DNA of 64,000 nt, from the IMG/VR virus record IMGVR_UViG_3300017971_000185, positions 310,001-374,000 of that record; one strand, 5' to 3'. This document shows positions 1 through 9,057 of the stretch, piece after piece (positions within the stretch are counted from its first letter, which is position 1; every line of letters starts with the position of its first letter). The position numbers were made by a program, and so were the translations under genes. The notes below the pieces were generated by a model that worked only from the letters and a program-made list of their open reading frames with translations, was not told the DNA's origin and did not search any database.

Positions 1-44
1 TGGTTGCCTCTGCCTTGAGAGACGCGAGGTGTTCTTCCATTGAG

Positions 45-386
45 TCAGGCACAGGCGGACTCCTCTTCTTCGCGGAGATACTGTTGTCCCACGCACTCGG
101 CGAGTTTGCGGTTGTGCTCCTCGGCGTCCCACTCGGTACACAATTTCTCGCGGCCTGTTTCTCTCATCGATCTGTTGTAGTCGCGGACGTGAGCGGGAGG
201 ATTCTTGCGGTGCAATCGTCCTCTGCCCCAAGCCCGAAGTGTGTAGAGACCCGTCACCACGTCGGCGTAGCGCCAGGGTGAGTAGTTACGGGCCTTGCAG
301 AATTTCGTCCACTCGTCCCAAGAGGTACGGTGGAGTTTCTCGGCTGCGTGTATGTCGTCTACGAGTTTCTTGATGTCGATTTGCAT
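45..386 (-). CDS. hypothetical protein, co-oriented downstream of the Pth2-like gene
   Basis: 113-aa ORF with an SD-like GAGGA before the ATG, starting just after the Pth-like stop. Confidence 0.6.
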   Translation of the reverse strand: MQIDIKKLVDDIHAAEKLHRTSWDEWTKFCKARNYSPWRYADVVTGLYTLRAWGRGRLHRKNPPAHVRDYNRSMRETGREKLCTEWDAEEHNRKLAECVGQQYLREEEESACA

Positions 387-392
387 GTTTCC

Positions 393-689
393 TCAGCGCA
401 GCAACGGCAAGCCGCCGACTGCCTTTTTGATGGGTTGACGGTCGGCTACCGGCGGAATGCCGATTGCCATGATCTCTCCGCACCACGGCTCATCGGGTTC
501 CCGAATTGCGTGGTGTGGAATGTTGAAAAGCCGCAGCTTGTCCTCGATGAAGGACAAGTGCGGCTCGTCTCTCGCAGCTAGCGCTACGGCATGTGTCCCC
601 GGAGGCAGTTGCCCCGGCGACGATTCTCCGGCAGCGTGGATGACCATCGCTGCCAGGACGCCCAACGGAAGGTCGCGGCGGACGATCAC
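393..689 (-). CDS. Pth2-like peptidyl-tRNA hydrolase (phage type); true start uncertain
   Basis: Motifs (HY)VIVRRDL, AAMVIHAAGES, IREPD and MAIGI.P match the Pth2 pattern. Confidence 0.65.
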   Translation of the reverse strand: MIVRRDLPLGVLAAMVIHAAGESSPGQLPPGTHAVALAARDEPHLSFIEDKLRLFNIPHHAIREPDEPWCGEIMAIGIPPVADRQPIKKAVGGLPLLR

Positions 690-707
690 GTAGTGCGTCC
701 AGAACGC

Positions 708-781
708 GCGCTGAGAGGGGGTCGAACCCTCGACCTTCCGGGCGAATACCCCGGCTGCTCGGCCTACTGAGCTTCCAGCGC
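708..781 (-). ncRNA. tRNA-like cloverleaf with a non-canonical anticodon loop, in the 5' region of the Pth-like gene
   Basis: Acceptor GCGCTGG/TCAGCGC, D arm GCTC/GAGC, stem CCGGG/CCCGG with loop GTATTCG, T arm GAGGG-TTCGACC-CCCTC. Confidence 0.7.
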
Positions 782-1376
782 TGGCGTCTGCGGAGTCGCC
801 TGGGGCGCTTCCGCGTGAATTCCGAGGTCCCTCAAGGGGCTGACTGTCATTCGGACTTCATCTGGGTCTCGACTCTAAGACCGGCCCCCGGTGGTGTCAA
901 GGCCGCGCGAGTCGCGCTGTAAACTTCTTACCCACGGCTACCAAGGGATCCCGTCCGCGATTCCCGCGTAGAGGTGAGCCGTCTCAGGGCGTGGGCCGTA
1001 AAGGGTGCCGCTACTTTGAAGGAGGCAACACGGACGCCGGTACGCTGCGCAGGCTTGATTTGGTGCTCGGGGTTCTCAAGTATGCTGTCGACCACGGTCA
1101 ACGAGTGGTCTGGAATTAGCGCCGCTTTGGCACCTTGTTGATCAGCCACAGGGCCATGCGCTCCAGAAGTCCCAGCGGTCGTACTCTCAATTGTGTTGTG
1201 GAGCGGGCAAGGATTTTGACGTAATCCCCGTTCGTCAATTGAATGATATTTCCACGTCGGTAGTCGTGGCCGTCAGGATGTGGAATCCAAGGCATCTTGT
1301 ACTTGGGGAGTTGCATAGACCAAATAGAAAGGGCTTCCCCGTGAGGAAGCCCCGTGCTCGATGACGCGGCCAAAAA

Positions 1377-1946
1377 GTGACCGGCCTCGGTGCGGATACC
1401 TGGCCCGTATCCGACACTTCGCGCCCCGCTGCTTTTGGATCTACGATCCGGCCTTACAGCGATTGGGAGGAGTATAGATGGCCTGGGGGGCGCCCGTCAA
1501 CGCGCCTGGCGCGCGAAGGTTGGTCTATTTTGTGCCGATTCGGCGTATTCTGTAGGTGGATGATGGTCGAATTGGAACATCCTCTGGAGTCGATCGCGGC
1601 TGTGATGGCGTTCTCCACTCTAGACATGAAGCGGAAGTCCCAAGCAGCTTGGGAGGGGGATCGTGTGTGGAACAGCATTGCAGTTTCGCCGGACAGGCCC
1701 CCGATTGATTGGTTGTCCGATCCAAGACTCGCGTGGGTTTGGGGTGTCGTCCACGGCTGGGGTCCAGAAGACGAGGACTGGCATAGAGCGGCCAACGTAA
1801 TCGGTTGGGATGATAGCACTCTCGATCGTTTGCGACGACTTCATCGCAAGTACCGGAATCTTCGTGCTAGTCAGATTGTACGTTCCTACATGAAGATGAT
1901 CGGCATTGCAGAGGAGACTGCTCGTGATCTGGGAGATCTTCCATGA
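1377..1946 (+). CDS. hypothetical protein
   Basis: 189-aa ORF coupled to the next ORF by an ATGA overlap at 1943. Confidence 0.5.
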   Translation: MTGLGADTWPVSDTSRPAAFGSTIRPYSDWEEYRWPGGRPSTRLAREGWSILCRFGVFCRWMMVELEHPLESIAAVMAFSTLDMKRKSQAAWEGDRVWNSIAVSPDRPPIDWLSDPRLAWVWGVVHGWGPEDEDWHRAANVIGWDDSTLDRLRRLHRKYRNLRASQIVRSYMKMIGIAEETARDLGDLP

Positions 1947-2308
1947 ATGAACAGAAGCAAACGTGGTTTCCTCTCGACGCCAGCACGACGGAACAGCATC
2001 GTGCTTGGGGGCTTTTGGTGTACCGCAATGACGGACAGACACGAGGGCACGTAGCGGGCACCATTGTGATGGCTCGCATGGGTGAGGCCAGTGGGGTGGT
2101 GTTTGTGCCGCATGAGCTAATGCCCGCGCCTCGAAAGGGATGACAGTCGAGCACATCCAGAGCGCCGTGGTTCACTCCTGGCGCTGCACGGTCTGCAAGT
2201 ACGAGTGGGATGTCTACGGAGGAGACCCCTACGACTACGACCCGGATGAGGAGCCGGTAGGTCCGGTGCCGGACAGTTGTCCTCGTTGCGGGCCTTGGCA
2301 GCCTACCG

Positions 2309-2998
2309 TCACTCGATAGGAGCCCAGGCCCACTCTGCGGTAGCCGTGAATTTCGCCCGGAAGGGGAACGTGATCTGTCGCGTGTCTGCCCTGATTCGTC
2401 TGGGAGGAACGGCGAGGTTGTCCCAATCGGGGAACAGGATGTCCCAAGCCCCTACGTTGCTCTCTTGAGCCATCCAGTCTTCCCAAGTCTCCTCATCATC
2501 GATCACGCGCCCTACTCTCGGCCACTCGGCGTGCTCGATGATCACCCAGGACCAGACCTTGGGGAAGTGCCGGTTGAGCACCATGGTCTCTAGCTTGCTC
2601 TCGATGATGAGAAAGTCACGTCCGCTTACCCGCGTCCGCATGGCTCGCCGCATGCTTTTCAGGGGGTAGCGGATCACTCCAGTCGTGTAGGCTGCGACGG
2701 TGCCCTTCACATCGCGTCGTTCGTGCTGAGCTTTTTCTGCGTCATCGGCAAGATTCTGAAAAGTGCTCTTGTCGGCTTGCGTCACTTGCCGAACAATGTA
2801 GTTGTCTGCGTCGTTCGCCGCAGCGATCAGAGCCTTGACCAGCTTGGGAAGGATGGTTCGCGCCTGATCTTCGAATACTTCTTTCGCGAGCGACTGGAGC
2901 GCCGAAGGAGGGGCTGCCTTCTTGAGCAAAGGAAGCAAGCCTTCCCGAAGTTGCGGTTGTTGCTGGGCGAGCCGGAGAATGCTGCGTCGTAGGCTCAT
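2309..2998 (-). CDS. hypothetical protein with N-terminal LR..I.RLA...P.L...LLPLLK motif
   Basis: 229-aa ORF; motif shared with 60716..61114. Confidence 0.6.
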   Translation of the reverse strand: MSLRRSILRLAQQQPQLREGLLPLLKKAAPPSALQSLAKEVFEDQARTILPKLVKALIAAANDADNYIVRQVTQADKSTFQNLADDAEKAQHERRDVKGTVAAYTTGVIRYPLKSMRRAMRTRVSGRDFLIIESKLETMVLNRHFPKVWSWVIIEHAEWPRVGRVIDDEETWEDWMAQESNVGAWDILFPDWDNLAVPPRRIRADTRQITFPFRAKFTATAEWAWAPIE

Positions 2999-3514
2999 GG
3001 TCCTACTTCACGATCTTCCATAGCCTACCTATCGAGAGGCTGTTTGGGGTAAGGTGTTCTATCATGGTGTTGGAAGCACTACCGAAGACGGAGCGCATTC
3101 GGCGGCTGATAAAGAAGGCGGATTTGGCAGTTGAGCTTGCGAGGCTGTCGCTCCCAGCGCACTCGAGTCTTGAGGAAGTTGAGGAGAAAGCTCTCAAGTA
3201 CATGAGTCTCACGAACAAGGAGATTCAGGCTCGGATTCGGAAGAAGCAGAAGTAACGTGGATTCGTGGGCGTGTGTGTAAGATGAGAGATGCGTGGGACG
3301 TGGAGGGCGAGGAGTCCGTAGCTCTCGTGAAGTGGTGTGACAAGCGGAAGTGCCTCCGAATCGGCGTACCACAAGGCGGCTGCCGAGGAGCTAGCGGTGC
3401 AAACGGGAGAGCAGAAACCCCGATAACGCTCGGGGCCGGCGGCCCGTCTCTACCCGTTTGCGAGGTCGGCTTTGGACGGAGCCGAGGTCAACCTATCCTC
3501 GCTCCAGTATACCC

Positions 3515-3543
3515 TTGCATTTGCTCAGGGAGTCGTGTAGAAG
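3515..3543 (+). promoter_or_regulatory. sigma70-like promoter of the Ile2/Arg/Val tRNA operon
   Basis: TTGCAT-N17-TAGAAG. Confidence 0.55.
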
Positions 3544-3559
3544 GTGATCAGAGGTCAAC

Positions 3560-3658
3560 ATGTTCATCCTCAGCCGTCGAATATCCAAGCCTGTCGCCCC
3601 CGTTCCCAGCGGTATGGGTGTCGTCGTCGTGCGCTTGGCGTTTGACAGGCGACGGTGA
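3560..3658 (+). CDS. leader peptide MFILSRRISKPVAPVPSGMGVVVVRLAFDRRR
   Basis: SD GAGGT; contains ATA, GTC x4, GTT, AGG and CGG, matching the downstream CAT(Ile2), GAC, CCT and CCG anticodons. Confidence 0.7.
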   Translation: MFILSRRISKPVAPVPSGMGVVVVRLAFDRRR

Positions 3659-3691
3659 ACGCCAGGCTCAAGGACCGCGGAACGGGCGTAT

Positions 3692-3765
3692 AGGCCCGTA
3701 GCTCAGTCGGTTAGAGCGTGGGGCTCATAACCCCGTGGTCCTCGGTTCAATCCCGAGCGGGCCTA
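3692..3765 (+). tRNA. tRNA with CAT anticodon, probably tRNA-Ile2 (lysidine type)
   Basis: Cloverleaf AGGCCCG/CGGGCCT, loop CT-CAT-AA; initiator and elongator Met tRNAs are present elsewhere. Confidence 0.85.
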
Positions 3766-3780
3766 CGAAAAGCATTCAAG

Positions 3781-3854
3781 GAGGACGTATCGGCCCAGTC
3801 TCCTAAACTGGCAAGCCGTAATGGATGATGGGGGTTCGAGTCCCTCCGTCCTCA
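3781..3854 (+). tRNA. atypical tRNA-Arg(CCT) lacking a normal D arm
   Basis: Acceptor GAGGACG/CGTCCTC, anticodon arm CCAGT-CTCCTAA-ACTGG, T arm GGGGG-TTCGAGT-CCCTC; D region reduced to TATCGGC. Confidence 0.65.
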
Positions 3855-3862
3855 CTATACCG

Positions 3863-3888
3863 AGGTTCAAATCCTGCCGGGGACGCCA
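3863..3888 (+). pseudogene. orphan 3' tRNA fragment (T loop, 3' acceptor strand, CCA)
   Basis: AGGTTCAAATCCTGCCGGGGACGCCA with no matching 5' half nearby. Confidence 0.5.
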
Positions 3889-3897
3889 AGGAGAAAC

Positions 3898-4170
3898 ATG
3901 AAGAGACGCACGTTCATAGGCAGCCTGTTCGCGGCCCTTGGAGCGATCTGCTTCCCTTGGAAGAGACGCAAGCGCAAGAAGTCTCTAGAGGAGATCAAGC
4001 AGGAGATCCTCATGGAGTACTTTCGTTCTCCTCAAGCACGAGGGAAACTGGCTGTAGGTATGGCTTTCCCTCTCCGAATGCGTCGCAACTATGCAGAGAT
4101 TGGCAAGAGGATCTTTCTTGTGGAGGAATTGCCATCGGGCGCTCTCCCCTTCTACGACAGGGAGCCATGA
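3898..4170 (+). CDS. small protein: Tat-like N-terminus plus a segment resembling a phage major capsid protein N-terminus
   Basis: SD AAGGAG; MKRRTFIGSLFAALG followed by ARGKLAVGMAFPLRMRRNY...FLVEELPSGALPFYD. Confidence 0.5.
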   Translation: MKRRTFIGSLFAALGAICFPWKRRKRKKSLEEIKQEILMEYFRSPQARGKLAVGMAFPLRMRRNYAEIGKRIFLVEELPSGALPFYDREP

Positions 4171-4357
4171 AAGAGCACTGTACCAGACATCTCCGAAAAG
4201 GGATCAAGAAGCCAGCCGTGTACATCCTCGAAGGCGGGCTATGCGAGACTTGTTGGATCGATTGGTGGATCGAAGGACTGCACATCGAGAACCCGAGAGA
4301 ACGAGCCAAAGTACGTCGAGAGACAAAAGCTGCCTTAAGGAGAAGACGCAAGCGAAA

Positions 4358-4434
4358 GGCCGGGTAGCTCAGATGGTTAGAGCACCATCCCGACACGGTG
4401 GGGGTCCTCGGTTCGATCCCGAGCCCGGTCACCA
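4358..4434 (+). tRNA. tRNA-Val(GAC)
   Basis: Cloverleaf with CCA; loop CC-GAC-AC (C33). Confidence 0.9.
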
Positions 4435-4435
4435 C

Positions 4436-4510
4436 GTTCCTGTAGCTCAGCCCGGACAGAGCGTCACGTTCCGAACGTGAGGGGCGTAGGTTCAAATCCT
4501 ACCAGGAACG
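4436..4510 (+). tRNA. tRNA-Arg(CCG)
   Basis: GTTCCTG/CAGGAAC; loop TT-CCG-AA. Confidence 0.92.
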
Positions 4511-5559
4511 CAAGTATACTTTCTGCCGAAACTCACGTAGACAAGAGCGTGTGGAGACGACACAAACCTCTTCAACGAGCTACTGTAGGAGGTAAGCTAT
4601 GGGCATGCCCCAAAAGGGTTCCCGTACGCGCTTGAAGGATGAAGATGCCGTCGTGTCCCTCTTCGTCATGCGCGACGCCAGCTTCTAGTTGTACGTTTCC
4701 GCCATCGGGAGGCACACGGAATTCTTGCTCCTCTCCGAACCGGCTGCCCGCTTCGCCCGGCTCACCCGGCTCGCCTCCAAGGTCCGCCTGGATCTTGCCT
4801 TCGCCGCCCGGCGTGAGAATGACATCATCAGGATGGGATTCTTGTGGGTTTGTGATCTCTGGCACGTTCCACTCTACCAACCAGAGGTATCGGGATTTGC
4901 CAGCATGGCGTGGCGCTCAGCCACACGTCGGGAGCGTCTGAGGCATCGTGGCTTGCCGTCGATGGGTTTGCCGTCGAGGTACACGAGGTAGTCGTCTGTT
5001 CGCTGTTGTTTCACCGGACGAATTTCGTAGCCCTTCCACGTGTACGTGTACGACGTGTTTCCTTTATCCAGGCGAGGGACCCACGTAGCCATGCTTCTCT
5101 CAAGAGAACACAATACGCTCAGTACCGATCCAGATGGTGTAGAATAGGGCAGTGGACGATTACCGCAAGATCGACGCAGCGGTTCCCGTAGCGAGGAAGA
5201 AGAACCTCACCATCCGCATGGCTTGCTTCAGCGAAGAAGAAGCACGAGCACTAGAGGACTACGCGAAGAACAAGTACCCGGATGTTTCGTTCCAATTCAC
5301 TTGGCTCACGTTTTTCGATCCCAATGAAACAGACGCTAACAACTGAAGAAGTGCTACGACAGCGCGTTCAAGGTGCCATCCGCGAGGAGATTCGGTTGCG
5401 CATAGTATGGGAAAATGCGGTAGAGCGTGCCAAGACAGGCGCTCCTGGTGCGCGGCATGCCGAAGAGGACGCTGCGTATGCCCTCGGCCTAGCTCGCAAA
5501 CAAGTGAACGAGCAAATGCGGCAGTTGATGGAGCACTGTCGCCGGAGGTACGGATACGG

Positions 5560-6489
5560 CTAGTAGAGGTTTCTGATCTCAGGCGCAGCCGTGAACAGGC
5601 GGCAATGCGTTCCCGGTGTATAGTACCGTAACTGCAAACCGTTGCGAGCTAGTGCATGGTGGACGGGAGGATCCGAGATGCGCGTCGTGTTCTGCTGACA
5701 GGCGAACGTCGTTGTCCACGTTGCGTTGAAGGACGGGATGTACTCGTAAGCGGTTCGCGTCACACGGAAGGCTGAGCGGATGGTCTTGATGATTTCGACG
5801 TGGTGAGCATCGAGGGGACCGCTCAGGCGGATGCCTCCTGTCTGTGCGGCAAAGATGCCTCTGTCACGCAGTTTCCCGCCAATGGCCGAGAAGAAGTCCT
5901 TGGTGAACAACCGCTCAGAGAGATTGTTGCTGTCGCCCGTGTCATCGTAGGGCTCAGTGAGATCGGAGATGATCACGTTCCAAGTCTGGTTCTCGTTGAG
6001 CACAGTGGACGCGTCGGAGATGCGGACGGTAACGCGCTCGTCCTCGAATGCGCCGTGTGTCCATTCGGGAAAGAGCACCTTGAAGGTCTCGATCATGTCT
6101 TCATCGATCTCGACCAAGCAGACTTCTTTCACGTCGGGCCACTTGAGCACTTCGCGGAGAGCACAGCCATCGCCGCCACCGAGGATGAGCACACGCCCGA
6201 TGTTCTGGGCCATGACCATGGCCGGATGCACGAGCATGTCGTGGTAGATATACTCGTCACTCTCCGCAACCTGGATGCGCCCGTCTAGAATCAGAGTGCG
6301 TCCGAGGTCCGCGAAGTCTGCTAGCTGGATGAGTTGGTACTCGCTTTGCTTTTCGTAGAGGAGATCGCGGATACCCCACAGAGCGAAGAAGGATTCGCTC
6401 TCTGCCTCAAGAAACCAGCGCGGCTGTCGAGTCTCCAGCAAGTGCGGCAGAGATTCCAACGGACTAAAGATTCGGTTGGCTGGTATCAC
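5560..6489 (-). CDS. speE: polyamine aminopropyltransferase (spermidine synthase family)
   Basis: QSEYQ, LILDGRIQ, YHDMLVHP, VLILGGGDG, VEID and DLTEP motifs; GTG start overlaps the upstream TGA. Confidence 0.92.
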   Translation of the reverse strand: MIPANRIFSPLESLPHLLETRQPRWFLEAESESFFALWGIRDLLYEKQSEYQLIQLADFADLGRTLILDGRIQVAESDEYIYHDMLVHPAMVMAQNIGRVLILGGGDGCALREVLKWPDVKEVCLVEIDEDMIETFKVLFPEWTHGAFEDERVTVRISDASTVLNENQTWNVIISDLTEPYDDTGDSNNLSERLFTKDFFSAIGGKLRDRGIFAAQTGGIRLSGPLDAHHVEIIKTIRSAFRVTRTAYEYIPSFNATWTTTFACQQNTTRISDPPVHHALARNGLQLRYYTPGTHCRLFTAAPEIRNLY

Positions 6490-6691
6490 CAACGGAGTCC
6501 CTCCTTGCGCCGTTGTTCTTGCTCCTCGCAGACGCTCCGAAGCTGGCTCCAATTGCGGATGACGTTGAGATCGTCCAGGGCTTCTTTGGTTTCCTGGGTC
6601 ATCGTGGCTTGGAAAGGCAGCCGATCGTCGTTGCGGAAGCTCTCGCTCGCGTAGTTGAAGGTCGTGATGTTTTGCCGTCTCACACTCTACC

Positions 6692-7120
6692 CTACATCTG
6701 ATGGCCCATCTGGGAGACCACGTTTTGGAACGATTGCTGGAGAAGGGCGTAGAGAATCTCCGCTGCGTTTTCCTTGATGAGCTTTTCGATGCGAATGCCC
6801 GCCATTTGCTTTCCGTCTTCCCAGAATTCCGTCCATTCCTCGGACTCCAGCATTTTCTTGATCTTCGCGCGTGCTTGTTCTTCTAGTACTGAGTGGACGA
6901 TCTGCTGGAGTAGTGGGGGTCGTTCTCTCGCCCGCCCGTACTGATCCTGTTCGGTGTGCCTGTTGAGAAAGGTGTTGATGTGCTCTTGGAGTACCTTTTC
7001 CCACATCTCATCGGGCATCAACTCTGCGAGATCGAGATGGATCTTGTCCTTGAGTTTTTGCGCGAGGGTCATTGCATCGTGGGAAGATTCGTCCTGGGGA
7101 GTGAGGCTGTGGTTTCCCAT
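6692..7120 (-). CDS. hypothetical protein
   Basis: 142-aa ORF in a run of coupled minus-strand genes. Confidence 0.55.
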   Translation of the reverse strand: MGNHSLTPQDESSHDAMTLAQKLKDKIHLDLAELMPDEMWEKVLQEHINTFLNRHTEQDQYGRARERPPLLQQIVHSVLEEQARAKIKKMLESEEWTEFWEDGKQMAGIRIEKLIKENAAEILYALLQQSFQNVVSQMGHQM

Positions 7121-7633
7121 GCAGTCTCTTTACTCCCCTAGCGTGGGGTTGGGAGCAACCTGCGCAACTTCATCCACCAGATGGTCCAGAACCGTAGTTT
7201 GTGGACTACCAGTCCACGTTTGTCCCGTCCTATGATTTTGGCCCAGCCCTTGTCTGTCCAGACGATGGCCCCGTCCTCGAAGAGTTTGTGGGAGGACACC
7301 GGTACTCTGAAGCGGCGTCTATGCATTCTCCTTGCCATGGTGTAGGCTGTGAGGAATGTCCGTTACCTCACTCGTCATCGGGATTGTCGTCGCTGTCGTC
7401 GGGCTTGTGTTCTTCCTTGCTGTCCGATGGCTCCGGGGCTGGCTCGGGGCTGGGGGTGGGCTCATCTTCAGTGTCTCGCGCCCGTGTTCTGATCACCCGC
7501 GCTTTGGGCGGAACCAGGGGCGGACTGGCATCAAGTGAGGCTCTGCTCTTAGCTAGCCGTCCTCGAATGTAGGATCTCGGGCGAACGTTGCGGCTGTAGC
7601 TTGGGGGTCTCATGTACCCCGGCAACGCATACA

Positions 7634-8260
7634 CTAACTATCGTCAGGAGCCGCTGCGATGCGGTAGTTGTCGCTGTTCTTTGGCTTGTGCCTGTCGAGA
7701 AACTCCGCAAACTGTTCGCGCGTGTGTGTTCGTCCGCACTCTCGATCCCAACTACTCAACCTAGCTTGGTAATTTTTCCAGTATTGGTCGAGTTCTTCCT
7801 TGTAGCCTGGAAGATCCGAGATCTCATCTCCCTGAAGCGCTCGGACGATCATCTGCTCCCCGTGTTCGGGGAAGTAGAGGATCTCGTGTTTGGGGTGTTG
7901 CAAGATCTCCTCCAGGTTAGGCCAAGGCCACCATTGGCATGGTAGCTCTCCGCCCCAATCGTCGCTCGTGCCTCCGTTGAGCGCGAACAACCAGCTTTGG
8001 AATTCCTCCAGGTCGAATTTCACGCGAAGCTGCGAGCCGCACTCCGGGCAGTACTCGCTGTCGGCCTTCTTGCAGCAGTCGCGGTATGGCGTTGAGGACT
8101 GGAGAAGCTCATCAGCATACTTGAGGATGAATCCGTGAGCTAGATCCTGAAGGGCATCAATCCCGCGTTCGAATGGAGGACCATGGTTGTCGAAGAACAG
8201 CGTCGCCGTGTGGGCCGACTCCACGTAGCCCATGGTCATACAGATGAGATTGGTTCGCAT
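7634..8260 (-). CDS. hypothetical protein with zinc ribbon (YCPECG)
   Basis: 208-aa ORF. Confidence 0.55.
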   Translation of the reverse strand: MRTNLICMTMGYVESAHTATLFFDNHGPPFERGIDALQDLAHGFILKYADELLQSSTPYRDCCKKADSEYCPECGSQLRVKFDLEEFQSWLFALNGGTSDDWGGELPCQWWPWPNLEEILQHPKHEILYFPEHGEQMIVRALQGDEISDLPGYKEELDQYWKNYQARLSSWDRECGRTHTREQFAEFLDRHKPKNSDNYRIAAAPDDS

Positions 8261-8539
8261 AGGAGAAATCTACCCCACGCGAGCGTACCTGTGAGCCTAC
8301 GAATCTATGGGATGGGGCCCAGCGCCGCGGCGATCACTTCATCCACGTTGTCGTAGGAGAGGTAGAGCGCGTTGTTCTGGTAGGGTACGAGGTACTCGGC
8401 AATCCGACTGGACACTTCCTTGACCATCCGTGCGTGTCCTCTTCGGATGTCCCAGGCCATGAGCTTGATCTCGCCCTCGGTGACAGTGAGCCCATACTTC
8501 TGTTGAATGCCGTCGATGACCTGCTGAGACATGGGGGTC

Positions 8540-8992
8540 CTAGCTGGGGGAAGGGATAGACTCGTTAGGGAAGCAGTGCTGTAGGAGCGGGAGGGGATCG
8601 ATGTTGCGCTCTTTTCTCCAGATACCTACGTGAAGGTGTGAGCCTGTGGTGCGTCCCGAATCTCCCACCGATCCGATGCTCTCACCTGACTTTACTTGTT
8701 CGCCCTTCACGACAGCTATCTGATCCAGGTGGGCATACAAGATCCTGAAGTCGCCTGACTGAATCATGACGTAATTGCCGAATCCGCGGTTTGAGGGGCG
8801 TGTGGCTGTCACTTTTCCGCCCCAGATCGCCCTCACCTCAGTGCCCTTGGGAGCCCCAATGTCCAGGCCCTTGTGCCATCTTCGGCGGTTGCTTGCGATG
8901 GGATCTCTACGCGGCCCCCAAAAAGATGTTATGTGGCCGTCTGTGGGGCAGGAAGGCAACAATTGCAGCCAAAGGAGGATTCCCAGGAACAC
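8540..8992 (-). CDS. M23 family metallopeptidase
   Basis: HKGLD, YAHL and TGSHLH zinc-binding motifs; signal-like N-terminus. Confidence 0.9.
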   Translation of the reverse strand: MFLGILLWLQLLPSCPTDGHITSFWGPRRDPIASNRRRWHKGLDIGAPKGTEVRAIWGGKVTATRPSNRGFGNYVMIQSGDFRILYAHLDQIAVVKGEQVKSGESIGSVGDSGRTTGSHLHVGIWRKERNIDPLPLLQHCFPNESIPSPS

Positions 8993-9057
8993 GTAATCTT
9001 CACTTTCGTCTGGAGAGGTTGTTCACTTTTACTCCCGGTTCGCGTATAAGAGCCTCA

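Noticed and set aside
847-861. prfB-like +1 frameshift at GAA TGA C into the Pth frame
   Set aside because: tRNA-Glu cannot re-pair well on AAT and there is no internal SD, so bypass or excision fits better.
4599-4991. SD-led ORF interrupted by an in-frame TAG at 4686, with similar in-frame TGA and TAG at 32241 and 32268, raising possible stop-codon reassignment
   Set aside because: Conserved genes end normally at TAG or TGA (dut, thg1, the ligase, kptA) and no suppressor tRNA is present in the window. Isolated nonsense mutations are more likely.
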